Assembly: GCA_963837495.1 (NCBI GenBank)
Contig: CAWINF010000001.1
Span: forward strand, 2,043,382-2,107,381
Reading direction: 5' to 3'
DNA length: 64,000 bases
DNA from: an uncultured Acidobacteriota bacterium
GTDB lineage: Bacteria; Acidobacteriota; Thermoanaerobaculia; UBA5066; Gp7-AA6
The translations under genes were made by a program, and so were the position numbers. A model generated the notes under the pieces. It ran no database searches and was not told the origin of the DNA. It saw nothing but the letters and a program-made list of their open reading frames with translations. This document shows positions 18,277-27,804 of this stretch, one piece after another (position 1 is the stretch's first letter; every line of letters begins with the position of its first letter).

Positions 18277-20369
18277 TCAGTTCGCCGGAGCGACTCCCAG
18301 CGCCTGGTAGAGGGCGCCCGCGTCGTACAGGGATCCGGACCTGATCACGACGACGACGCGGCGGATGTCGGAGATCCGCGTCGCGGGATCGCCGTCCACG
18401 AGGATCAGGTCAGCGACCTTCTGCGGCGCGATCGATCCGGTCTCGCGGTCGTGCTTCATCACGCGTGCCGCGCCAAGGGTCGCGAGTTGTAGCACCTTGG
18501 GGGCGGGGATGCCGGCGGCTAAGTAGTCCTCGAGCTCGCGGTGAAGGGCGAAGCCCGCGAGGGCGTCGGTTCCCGCGACAATCGGCTGACCGGAGTCATA
18601 GATGAGCTTCAGCATCCGCAACATGGCTTTGAAGGAATCGCGGTAGCGCTGGTCCATCCCGGGCGGGACGGGCAGGCCGCCCGCGAGGAACCCCCGGCGG
18701 ACCTGGGCGGGCAATCGGCTCGCGACCGCCGCCATCCCGGGCGACATCACGCCCGGCCTCGCCGTGAACATCTCTTCAAAAGCGCCGACCGTGGGATCGA
18801 GAACCGTGTGGTGTTCTTTCAGGACTCGGAGAAAGGCGCGGACGCGGTCCGAGCTCAGATCGAGCTCGGCCGCGTGCTCGGCCACGGCCGTGAAGCGCGC
18901 GGGCGTGCGCGTGTCCTGACGGTATCGAACAGGAAGTTCAGGAACCAGAAGTTGGCATGCTGGACCTCGTCGTAGCCCTGCTCGACGGCCTGCTGCATGG
19001 TCATGAACGCCGGCACATGCCCGCTCACCCGCATCCCGTTTCGGTGCGCCTCGGCTGCGATGACGGGAACGAGTTCCGGCTTGACCGAGCTGTAGATCTT
19101 GATCTGCTCGTAGCCGAGCGACTTGTAACGCTCGACATCGGCCTTCGCCTCCTGCGGCGTGTCGGCGAACACCCTGGTCGGTCCCTGATAGGGACCGCGC
19201 CCATCGATGAAGCCGGCCATCAGGATGTGAGGCCCCGCCAGGGTCCCGGCGTCGAACTTCGTTCGGAGTTCGTGCAGATGGTCTATGTCGTTGGCCAGGT
19301 CGCGCACCGTCGTGACGCCGGCAGCCAGGTGAAGCACTCCGTCGTCCCAGTCGCCAAGGTGGACGTGCATGTCCCAGAGTCCGGGGAGGAGCATCTTTCC
19401 CCTCGAGTCCATCACATCCTGATCCGGCGCGGGCTTCGCCTCCCGATCGGGCGCGACGGCCACGATGCGTCCATCTGCGATCAGGACGGACATGCCTTCC
19501 TTCACGGTGGCGGTCTCGCTGTCGAAAAGCCGCGCGTGTTGAATCCAGAGCGGCCTTGCGAGTTTCTTCTGCAGCTTTCGCGCGACTTCCTCGCCGCGCC
19601 GCGAGGCGCGGGCCTTCTGCGCCTCCAGGAGCGCGGGCCAGGCCGCTTCCGCGCCGTCGCGGATGACGACGGCCCAGTCGCTCCCCGTCGCAAACAGGCT
19701 GCGGTCCTCCGCCAACCACGTCGGACTGGGCGTGAAGCCGAGCCCGGAGACTTCGTACAGCGTCACCTTCCGCGGCTTGCCTGCGACCTCGACCGTACGG
19801 TCGAGCGCGCGCTCGATGCTCGCCTCCCCTTCGGGGAGCAAGGGCAGGCGGCCGCCCGGGGCGGCGAGCAGGGCGGTCTCCATTTCGCCGGAGAGGATCG
19901 CGTCGATCGGGGCGTAGAACGCGGGGCCGGCGAGCTGCTTTTCACCCTTTTCGGACTTGTTGCTCCAGGTGGCTTTCCCGCCGGCGAGGCGGAAGCGCTC
20001 GTCGACCGGCCCCTTGAGATAGTCGTTGCCCGTGGCGTCGATCTCGGTCGGAATTCCCTTGTCGTCCACGACGATGCGCGTCGTGAGACGCGGTCCCCGT
20101 CCCCGATCGTTGAACGCGAAGAAGTTGTGCCGCGCGCCGTCCGGCGTGCTCCACAACGCCAGCACGCCCGCCTTGTTCCCGGCGAGCATCATGGAGTAGC
20201 GCACGGCGTCTGCCGGGACTTCCGGCGGCACCGTCACGAGGGAAGCCTGCACGTCCTTGGGGGCCGTCTGGGTCTGTTGTCCTTTCGCCCGGATCGGGCC
20301 GACTGCTGTTGCAGCCACCAGGCCCATCAGCGAGGCGGCCAAGCGAGCCGCGTGCCGGGAAAGACTCAT
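18277..20369 (-). pseudogene. secreted amidohydrolase-family protein split by a single frameshift near 18915-18927 (or an assembly error)
   Basis: The N-terminal ORF 18855-20369 has LPGLWDMHVHL and ends at ...QHANFWFLNFLFD. The C-terminal part continues in another frame: DTRTPARFTAVAEHAAELDL...GTDALAGFALHRELE...DLILVDGDP. Confidence 0.7.
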
Positions 20370-20530
20370 GACTTCCCCCCTCCAAGGATTTCCGGATGAT
20401 CCGCCAAGTCCGACCCCCGCGGCAACCCGCGCCGCCTCATCCCTTACTGCCCGCTCGCTCCCCCGGCACGGAGGCTACCCCGTCGATTACTTCGGATCCT
20501 CGCGCCGCGGGGCCCCATGTCGGCATTCCG

Positions 20531-21766
20531 TCACATCGGAACGCTCTGGGCGAGGTCGAGTGCGGGGTCGTTCGTACGATCGTCCGCGGTCGCTCCGTAG
20601 ACGAAGAGACTTCCCGAGACGACGTCAACGGTGACGGTTTGGTTGGCGGCCAGGCTCAATCCGCCGAGAAAGCTCGCGACGTCGGTCTGTTGGAAGAAGT
20701 TCGCCGGATAACTCCGCGTGAGCGTTCGAAGAATGTTGCCCTCGGTGTCGCGAACGGTGATGGAGATCGTAGCGCCGGCCGAGAGGGCCCGAACTCCGAC
20801 GTTGTAGCGGAAGAGGAGCGGATCGAAGGGTCCGATGAGGATGCCACGAGCGCCCGCCGAGAGGGCCTCGGAAGGCTTCAACCCGTGCTCGGTGAAGCCG
20901 GACGTGCCGGCCACGCCTGCGTCGTTGTAGACGCGAACCGAAGCGACCGGAGCCGACCCGATCGTCGTGACAAAGTCGAGGCTACCGATGCCCGTCTGGC
21001 CGAGGCTCGTCAGGACGTCGGGGAAGAAGATCGTCTGACCGGGATTGATCGAGTAAGCCATGGACGGATCCGAGGCGGATCCCGAGACGCCCTGGGCATG
21101 AAAGAGGATGCTGCCCGTCTCGATCGCCAGAGTCGGGTTGTAGAGCTGCATGGCCGTGTGGAAGTTGGCGCCGAGGAGTCCCGGGCTCGAAATCACGACC
21201 GGGATGACCTCCGCGAGCGTGGACGGAGGCCCGCTCGTGGCGGTGCCCGTGGCCATGACGGCGAGCGTGCTGTTGGTCGTGGTCGCTCCCAGGGAGATCG
21301 AGACGTTGAAAGTGATGTCCGCTCCGAACCCGACGAGGCCCGAGGCGCCTCCCGGGCTCATGCCAACCGGGCTCCCGCAGTCCGCGACCCGCGCGATGCC
21401 GACCAGGTCTCCCGCCTGCACGGAAACCGCCGGCGAGAGCGCGACGGCTTGTACGGTGGCGTTGACGTCGAAGGGGCCTCGCTCGGCCAGGAAGAGGAGC
21501 GTATCGCCGGAGCGCCGGAAGAACTTGATCTTCACCGACGCCGGGCAGGGCCCCAGAGACCAGACGAACGTGGCCGTCGTCATGTCGCCGGAGCCGGTCG
21601 CGGGCGCATTGAGATCCACGGCCGTGATCGAGACCGGCGTGCGGTTGAACCCGAAATTGGGCGAAGCAGGGATGCTGCCGGCGGTGATCGTCTGCGCGCG
21701 GGCCGCGCCGCACAGCGCCGCGAGAAGGGCAAGGGCCGCGAGAGCCCTCGGCAAAGAACGGGACAT
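20531..21766 (-). CDS. secreted protein of unknown family
   Basis: 411 aa with a signal peptide (ALALLAALCGAARAQ). It is Gly/Ser/Thr/Val-rich with beta-type composition and strong coding periodicity. I recognise no catalytic motif. Confidence 0.7.
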   Translation of the reverse strand: MSRSLPRALAALALLAALCGAARAQTITAGSIPASPNFGFNRTPVSITAVDLNAPATGSGDMTTATFVWSLGPCPASVKIKFFRRSGDTLLFLAERGPFDVNATVQAVALSPAVSVQAGDLVGIARVADCGSPVGMSPGGASGLVGFGADITFNVSISLGATTTNSTLAVMATGTATSGPPSTLAEVIPVVISSPGLLGANFHTAMQLYNPTLAIETGSILFHAQGVSGSASDPSMAYSINPGQTIFFPDVLTSLGQTGIGSLDFVTTIGSAPVASVRVYNDAGVAGTSGFTEHGLKPSEALSAGARGILIGPFDPLLFRYNVGVRALSAGATISITVRDTEGNILRTLTRSYPANFFQQTDVASFLGGLSLAANQTVTVDVVSGSLFVYGATADDRTNDPALDLAQSVPM

Positions 21767-21856
21767 GGCATACCTCCGGGAAAGAACGAAGTTCAGTAAG
21801 CCGCGGACCTTCCGCGAGCTAAAGGCCGTTCTGCCAGATTCATGCCCGGTTGTCGG

Positions 21857-22027
21857 TCAGCGCGTTCGAATTCGCGTTCTCCGCGATGCGCTCAGGCCCC
21901 ACGCGAGGACCATGGCGAGCGCGACTCCGAAGGCGGCCGTGCTCCCGGTCGAGCGGCTGATGGCCTGGGCGAAACGTTCCGCCTTCGTGTCGGAAGGGTC
22001 TCGACGGCCGGTTGTCGGGCGCTCCAT
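21857..22027 (-). pseudogene. possible remnant of a low-affinity iron permease (PF04120-like) gene, N-terminal ~50 codons only
   Basis: My own translation gives MERPTTGRRDPSDTKAERFAQAISRSTGSTAAFGVALAMVLAWGLS... then an early stop. The expected WQLVINT segment is absent. The ORF falls below the track length cut-off. Confidence 0.3.
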
Positions 22028-22216
22028 CGGTCACCGTTAGTGCAAAGTCCAGGCCGGATGATTGTCGAATCGGTCACCGTCCTGACGCGCGAGGAATACG
22101 CGCGTCCGATCGGCGGCAGCTTTGGGTCGATGCAGGGGACGCTTTTTCATCCGGCTCAACAGTCAAGGAGCGCGGGGGAGAGGGGCCGAGGGAGAACGGT
22201 AGGATGAGGAAAACCG

Positions 22217-22990
22217 GTGGAGGCAAGGCTGTTGACGCGGGCGATCGTTCGGGGGCCGGGGAGGAGTTATCCGGAGGCGTTGACGGGGCGAAAGCCTCGG
22301 CCGGAGGTCGACCTGGAGCTGGCGCGGCGGCAGCACAAAGGGTATGTCGCCACGCTGCGACATGTGGGGCTCGAGGTGACGGAGCTTCCGGCTGACGACG
22401 GCCATTCGGACGCCGTCTATGTTCAGGACCGGGTCTGCGTCGTGGACGGACGCGCGATCGTGGGGCCCTCGGCGGTTGCGTCTCGCAGCGGGGAAGCTGA
22501 GGCGATCGTCGAAGTGCTCGGGCTCTTCTATCCGGTTGTCGAGCTCTCGGCTCCCGCCTGCCTCGACTGGGGGGACGTGCTCGTCACGGAGGACGCCCTC
22601 TTCGTCGGATTGTCGAAGCGCTCCAACGAGGCGGCGGTCGAGGGGCTTCGCGAAATTCTCGGCTCGGAGCGCAGGGTGGAAAGTGTCTCGCTGCCGCCGG
22701 GGCTTCTACACCTTTTGAGCGGGTGCGCGTACTTCGGTGATCGCAGGCTTCTCGCGGTGAGGGCTCTGGAACCTTTCGCGCGGTCGAAGGGATTCGAAGT
22801 CGTTCCCGTCGCGGAGGCGGAGCCGTCCGCAGCGAACGTCCTCGTTCACGGAAAACGCGCAGTCGTCCCGGCCGGATACCCCGAGACCACGACCCGGATC
22901 GAGAAAGCCGGTTTTCAGGTGCAGCGAATCTCGGTGAGCGAGTTCGAGAAACGCGACGGCGGCGTGACCTGCCTCTCCGTCCTCTACTGA
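22217..22990 (+). CDS. dimethylarginine dimethylaminohydrolase (DDAH) / amidinotransferase-fold enzyme
   Basis: 257 aa with the C-terminal catalytic Cys context DGGVTCLSVLY and an N-terminal AIVRGP motif. Confidence 0.75.
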   Translation: MEARLLTRAIVRGPGRSYPEALTGRKPRPEVDLELARRQHKGYVATLRHVGLEVTELPADDGHSDAVYVQDRVCVVDGRAIVGPSAVASRSGEAEAIVEVLGLFYPVVELSAPACLDWGDVLVTEDALFVGLSKRSNEAAVEGLREILGSERRVESVSLPPGLLHLLSGCAYFGDRRLLAVRALEPFARSKGFEVVPVAEAEPSAANVLVHGKRAVVPAGYPETTTRIEKAGFQVQRISVSEFEKRDGGVTCLSVLY

Positions 22991-23572
22991 ATCGCTGTTG
23001 TCCGGACCTTCCGGGAGGGGCCGGTCGTCGCCTTGAACCGGTTGGCATCCGACACGGACGAGGAGATCGCCGTTGTCCGGCGCGCCTGCGAGCGGCTGAA
23101 GGTTCCATTCGCCGTCGCCGACGTCTTCGCGAAGGGGGGAGAGGGTGGGGTCGTCCTGGCCGAGGCCGCCGTCGAAGTCGCCTCGCGCGACCCGGGCCGG
23201 TTCCGGCCCCTGTACGAGCGGACCGATCCGCCGAAGGTGAAGCTCTCGAAGATCGCGTACCTGATGTACGGCGCGAAGGACGTGACGTGGAGCCGCGAGG
23301 CCGAAAGGGATCTCTCGCTGGCGAAACGGTTCGGGTACGAGTTCCTTCCGCTGTGCGTCGCCAAGACCCAGAAGTCGCTTTCCGACGATCCGAATCTCCT
23401 CGGGCGCCCGGAGGACTTCGGGATCACGGTGCGCGGCGTGATTCTCGCGGCGGGAGCGGGTTACCTGGTGCCGCTCCTCGGGGACATCCTCCGGATGCCG
23501 GGCCTTCCGGCCGTCCCTGCCGCCGAACGGATCGACCTCGTGGACGGAAAGGTCGTCGGCCTTACAGAGTAG
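22991..23572 (+). pseudogene. fhs: formate-tetrahydrofolate ligase, 3'-terminal third only
   Basis: The frame is open from the codon right after the DDAH TGA. The sequence is ...PVVALNRLASDTDEEI...FAKGGEGG...CVAKTQKSLSDDP...ITVRGVILAAGAGYLVPLLGDILRMPGLP. The N-terminal ~360 codons, including the ATP site, are absent. Confidence 0.8.
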
Positions 23573-24257
23573 CTCCCCGGAGTCGCCGCCGCGCCAGCTT
23601 CTGGTGGATCGCGACGGCCATGACGAGCAACGCCGCCAGGGGAGGGATCCAGGCGTCCGGGGCCTTCATGGCGAGCAGAGTCGCGCCGGAGATTGCGCAC
23701 CAGACTGCCGGGACAACAAACAACGTCCAGCGTCCTCGGCCCTTCGCGAGCAGGAGGAGGCCGAGCGTGGCGACGGCGGTCGGGTCGGGCGCTACGCCGA
23801 AGATCTCGGCCTGCCCCCATCCGCGGCCGAGGAGCGGACCGATCGTCGGCTCTACCGCGAGCGCGAAGAGGAAGATCCAGAAGCCTGTCCAGCCTGCCAG
23901 ACCCACGGGCCGCTCGAGAGACAGCCGGCCCTGGACGATCCCCGTCCAGATCAGGAGCGCCGTTTCGAGTCCGAAGCCCCAGGCGAAGTAGATGGCGGCG
24001 GTGTTGATCGTCGCGTAGCGTTGCGCGTGAAAAGCGATCGCGATCCAGAGCCAGCATCCCGAGAGAATCGCCGCGATGACGCGTGCTCGGGTGGTCGAGG
24101 GGCGACGCAGGAGCGTTAGGACCGACAACCCGAGAGCCAGCGCGGCGATCTGTGCTGGCCAGATCGCGGCGTTGTAGAGCTCGAACAGCCGGTAGTAGGT
24201 CCGCGGGGAAAAGAGCAGGAAGTCGCGGAGGGAGTAGGTCCACCACTCCGACGGCAT
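23562..24257 (-). CDS. polytopic membrane protein (DUF6064-like, from memory)
   Basis: 231 aa; N-terminus MPSEWWTYSLRDFLLFSPRTYYRLFELYN. About 6 TM segments. Confidence 0.55.
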   Translation of the reverse strand: MPSEWWTYSLRDFLLFSPRTYYRLFELYNAAIWPAQIAALALGLSVLTLLRRPSTTRARVIAAILSGCWLWIAIAFHAQRYATINTAAIYFAWGFGLETALLIWTGIVQGRLSLERPVGLAGWTGFWIFLFALAVEPTIGPLLGRGWGQAEIFGVAPDPTAVATLGLLLLAKGRGRWTLFVVPAVWCAISGATLLAMKAPDAWIPPLAALLVMAVAIHQKLARRRLRGATL

Positions 24258-24260
24258 TCG

Positions 24261-25223
24261 CTAGAGCTTCTCGACGTGGGCGACGATGCGCCGGCGCATG
24301 GCCTCGTCGGGCAGGCGGCCGTAGGACGCCCCTACGTTCTCCCGCACGTGGTCCACGCGGGTCGTCGCGGGAATCGCGCAACTGACGGCCGGGTGCGACA
24401 CGATGAACTTCAGCAGTATCTGCGCCCAGTTGGCGCAGTCGATCTCACCGGCCCATGCGGGCAGGGGAAAGCGCTCCACTTCTCGGATCAGATCTCCTCG
24501 GCGAAGCGGCCGATTGCAGATGACGGCGACGCGGCGGTCCCGAGCGAGGGGAAGGAGACGCTCCTCCACCTCGCGATCCAGAACGTTGTAGGAGAACTGC
24601 ACGAAGTCTATCGGCTGGCTTCGCAGGATCCGCTCGACCTCGTCGTGGCGGCGCCCATCCGATGTCGTCACGCCCACGTAGCGGAGACGGCCGGCGGCCT
24701 TCATGGCGAAAAGTTTCGGAAGGTGCTCCTCCCACGACATGAGGTTGTGGACCTGGAGGAGATCGAAGCGCGCGACGCTCCAGCGCCGGCGCGACTCCTC
24801 GATCTGCTCCGGCCCGCGCGCGCCCGAGGAGATCCAGACCTTGTCGGCCGAGAAGAGTTGCGAAGGGCTCCCGAGTTTGTGGAGGCCGTATCCGATCACC
24901 TCCTGAGAGGAGCCGTACATCGGAGAAGAGTCGATCAGGCGCCCGCCCTCCTGGAAGAAGGCGCGCATCACCTGCGCGCAGGAGTCTCGCGCCGCGGTGT
25001 CGTCGCCGACGTTGAAGGTGATCCAACTCCCGAGCCCGACGAGCGGCAGCTTCTCGCCGGTCGGGGGGACCGGCCGTGTGAGGATCGGCCCGGGACGAGC
25101 CGCCGGGGGCGCGGGATGAGCCGCCGCATTCCAGGGACGGAGAACGGACGCGGCGCCGGCGACAGCGAGCGAGGTCAGGAAAGCGCGGCGATCCAGCTTG
25201 TCTGCTCGCGGCATCTTCAGCAT
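24261..25223 (-). CDS. aldo/keto reductase with a Tat signal peptide
   Basis: Contains the twin-arginine motif DRRAFLTS. AKR motifs include IDSSPMYG and GVTTS. It lies 3 nt upstream of the membrane protein gene. Confidence 0.8.
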   Translation of the reverse strand: MLKMPRADKLDRRAFLTSLAVAGAASVLRPWNAAAHPAPPAARPGPILTRPVPPTGEKLPLVGLGSWITFNVGDDTAARDSCAQVMRAFFQEGGRLIDSSPMYGSSQEVIGYGLHKLGSPSQLFSADKVWISSGARGPEQIEESRRRWSVARFDLLQVHNLMSWEEHLPKLFAMKAAGRLRYVGVTTSDGRRHDEVERILRSQPIDFVQFSYNVLDREVEERLLPLARDRRVAVICNRPLRRGDLIREVERFPLPAWAGEIDCANWAQILLKFIVSHPAVSCAIPATTRVDHVRENVGASYGRLPDEAMRRRIVAHVEKL

Positions 25224-25292
25224 CTCAATTCTCGTGGAACGCCAAACGCCGGGCGACTCATTCCGACGATGATTCGGGCGGGGAATCTCGAG

Positions 25293-25447
25293 TCTAGCCC
25301 GGATAATTCACGGACACCCGGCCGCAACACGCGCATCTCGTTGAGAAACGAGCGGTCTTTCGCGTCGAGATGCTGTGATGTCGAGGTACACCTTGTTCCC
25401 GCGATCCGCGGGACGGCCGGAGTCGTTCGTGAATTATGCGGGCTAGA
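25293..25447. repeat. 155-nt nested palindromic element (MITE-like or structured leader)
   Basis: The 20-nt terminal arms TCTAGCCCGGATAATTCACG (25293-25312) and CGTGAATTATGCGGGCTAGA (25428-25447) are 19/20 complementary. The inner stems are GCATCTCG/CGAGATGC, CTCGTT/AACGAG and CCCGCG/CGCGGG. Confidence 0.65.
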
Positions 25448-25455
25448 ATCGGCGG

Positions 25456-26397
25456 ATGGCGCAGCGCGGCGAATCCGAGATCGAGCCCTGGCCCGGCCTG
25501 CCGCTCGAGGCCTGGAGCGATACGTGCGCGACGCTGCACCTGTGGACGCAGATCGTCGGCAAGGTCCGGCTCGCGCAGAGCCCCTGGGTCAACCACGGCT
25601 GGAGCGTGACTCTCTACGTCGCGCCTCGCGGCTTGACGACCTCTCCGATTCCCCACGGCACGCGCGTGTTTCAGATCGATTTCGACTTCCTCGATCATAA
25701 GCTGCTGATCCAGACGAGCGACGGAGGTGTCGGCGCCGTCCCCCTGAGACCCCAGTCCGTCGCGTCGTTCTACAGGCAGCTCTGGAACGAGCTCGGCAGG
25801 CTCGACCTGCATGTCCGGATCCACGCGACGCCCAACGAAGTGCAGGACCCGATCCCTTTCGAGAAGGACGAACGGCACTCCTCGTATGACGCGGACTATG
25901 CGAACCGGTTCTGGCGCGTGCTGCTGCAGACGGACAGGGTCTTCAAGCGATTCCGGGCGCGCTTCATCGGCAAGTGCAGCCCCGTCCATTTCTTCTGGGG
26001 TGCGCCCGATCTGGCGGTCACGCGGTTCTCCGGCCGGCCGGCTCCGGAGCATCCGGGCGGCGTCCCTCATCTTCCCGACACCGTTGCGCGCGAAGCCTAT
26101 TCCCACGAGGTCAGCAGTTGCGGGTTCTGGCCGGGCGGAGGCGCGATCGCGTATCCCGCGTTCTATTCGTACGCCTACCCGGCGCCGTCCGGTTTCGCGC
26201 AGTCTTCCGTCAAGCCTTCCGCCGCCTTCTACAGTCAGGACCTCGGCGAGTTCATCCTGCCTTACGACTCGGTCCGCCTGGCCGAGTCGCCCGACGACAT
26301 GCTTCTCGACTTCCTTCAGTCCACGTACGAAGCGGCCGCCAACCTGGCGAGTTGGGATCGCAAGGCCCTGGAGCGCACGATCGCTGTTCGAGGCTGA
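25456..26397 (+). CDS. DUF5996-family protein (from memory)
   Basis: 313 aa; contains WSDTCATLHLWTQIVGKVRL... and ...FWPGGG... blocks. Confidence 0.6.
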   Translation: MAQRGESEIEPWPGLPLEAWSDTCATLHLWTQIVGKVRLAQSPWVNHGWSVTLYVAPRGLTTSPIPHGTRVFQIDFDFLDHKLLIQTSDGGVGAVPLRPQSVASFYRQLWNELGRLDLHVRIHATPNEVQDPIPFEKDERHSSYDADYANRFWRVLLQTDRVFKRFRARFIGKCSPVHFFWGAPDLAVTRFSGRPAPEHPGGVPHLPDTVAREAYSHEVSSCGFWPGGGAIAYPAFYSYAYPAPSGFAQSSVKPSAAFYSQDLGEFILPYDSVRLAESPDDMLLDFLQSTYEAAANLASWDRKALERTIAVRG

Positions 26398-26478
26398 CCA
26401 TCTGAGAATGGGCCTGTCGCCGCGAAAGGAAATCTCCGTGAATCACGGATAGGACCTGAGCGTATTTGCACAAAGAAC

Positions 26479-27126
26479 ATGAAAGTGATCTCCGTCAACG
26501 TCGGGCTTCCACGGGACGTCGCCTGGCTTGGGAAAGTCGTGCGAACGTCCATCTGGAAGACCCCCGTCGAAGGCCGGGTTCGCGTCTCGAGGCTCAACCT
26601 GGAGGGCGACCAGCAATCGGACCTCTCCGTGCACGGCGGGGCCGACAAGGCCGTGTACGCGTATCCGTCCGAGCACTACTCCTACTGGCGCGGGCAGCTT
26701 GGCGGCGTGGACCTTCCCCAGGGAGCCTTCGGCGAGAACTTCACCACCGAGGGACTTCTCGAAGGCCGGCTCCAGGTCGGGGATCGGCTCCGGGTCGGCT
26801 CGGCGGAGTTCACCGTGACGCAGCCGCGAATGCCGTGCTTCAAGCTCGGGATTCGATTCGGCAGCCCCGAGATGGTGAAGCGCTTTCTCGACAGCAAGCG
26901 CTCCGGCTTCTATCTCTCGGTGCGCCGCGAGGGGGAAGTCGGGGCGGGTGATCCGATCGAACACGAGGAGAGTCAGGAGGAAGGAGTCACCATCACCGAC
27001 ATCGTGAATCTCTACACCTCGGATTCCGAGAACCAGGACCTGCTGCGCCGCGCCGCCGAGCAGCCCGCGCTTCCCGAGGGCTGGAAGGAGTACTTCCGCA
27101 AGCGCCTCTGGAGCGCCGATTCGTGA
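26479..27126 (+). CDS. MOSC-domain protein (YiiM-like)
   Basis: MKVISVNVG...DQQSDLSVHGG.DKAVYAY...GENFTTEGL...PCFKLG. Confidence 0.85.
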   Translation: MKVISVNVGLPRDVAWLGKVVRTSIWKTPVEGRVRVSRLNLEGDQQSDLSVHGGADKAVYAYPSEHYSYWRGQLGGVDLPQGAFGENFTTEGLLEGRLQVGDRLRVGSAEFTVTQPRMPCFKLGIRFGSPEMVKRFLDSKRSGFYLSVRREGEVGAGDPIEHEESQEEGVTITDIVNLYTSDSENQDLLRRAAEQPALPEGWKEYFRKRLWSADS

Positions 27127-27803
27127 TCGTCAGGACGAACCGGGGAAAAGAGACAGATGAAACGAAAGAGACCGTGAGGAGTGAGCGCCTGCCTCCGGGG
27201 CAGGTCCTCACGCAGAAGTGGCCGGTCCTCACCTACGGGGCGGCGCCCAGGGCCGACCTGCGGACCTGGACCTTCCGGTGCTTCGGCTCAGTCGAGCGGG
27301 AGCTTTCGTGGACGTGGAAGGAGTTCCTCGGCCTGCCGAGGGTCGAGGTCACGTCCGACATTCACTGCGTGACGCGGTGGAGCCGGTTCGACAACCCGTG
27401 GGAAGGGGTCGCCGTCCGGGAGATCCTTCGCCGCGCGGGCGTCCGGCCGGAAGCGGTCGCCGTGATGGCCCACAGCGAGGGAGGCTACACGACCAACATC
27501 CCTCTCGCGGACCTTCAGGACGACGACGTCCTCCTGGCTTTCAAACACGACGGGAAAGACCTTGCGCCCGAGCACGGCGGCCCCTGCCGCCTCGTCGTGC
27601 CGAAGCTCTACTTCTGGAAGAGCGCCAAGTGGGTTCGCGCGTTCGAGCTGCTCGACGTCAATTCTCCGGGATTCTGGGAGGAGAACGGCTATCACCTCCA
27701 CGCCGATCCCTGGAAGGAGGAGCGCTACTCCGACCAGGAGACGGACGCGATGCAGCGGATGCGCGCCGAGTCGGCCCGCCGCCGGCGCACCCGGGAGGCG
27801 TGA
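27123..27803 (+). CDS. sulfite-oxidase-like molybdopterin oxidoreductase, short cytoplasmic form
   Basis: LPPGQ...KWPVL..., CVTRWS and GGPCRLVVPKLYFWKSAKW. The GTG start overlaps the MOSC stop (GTGA). No signal peptide. Confidence 0.8.
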   Translation: MIVRTNRGKETDETKETVRSERLPPGQVLTQKWPVLTYGAAPRADLRTWTFRCFGSVERELSWTWKEFLGLPRVEVTSDIHCVTRWSRFDNPWEGVAVREILRRAGVRPEAVAVMAHSEGGYTTNIPLADLQDDDVLLAFKHDGKDLAPEHGGPCRLVVPKLYFWKSAKWVRAFELLDVNSPGFWEENGYHLHADPWKEERYSDQETDAMQRMRAESARRRRTREA

Positions 27804-27804
27804 G

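Noticed and set aside
22107-22133. A possible fifth, degenerate copy of the 28-nt motif (GGAATACGCGCGTCCGATCGGCGGC).
   Set aside because: Only the GAATAC and CGATCG blocks align, and gaps are needed. The similarity is too weak to count without a statistical model.
21842-22207. 121-aa plus-strand ORF in the DDAH upstream spacer.
   Set aside because: It is an Arg/Gly/Ser-rich sequence with no motif and no SD. It overlaps the more plausible iron-permease stump on the other strand.
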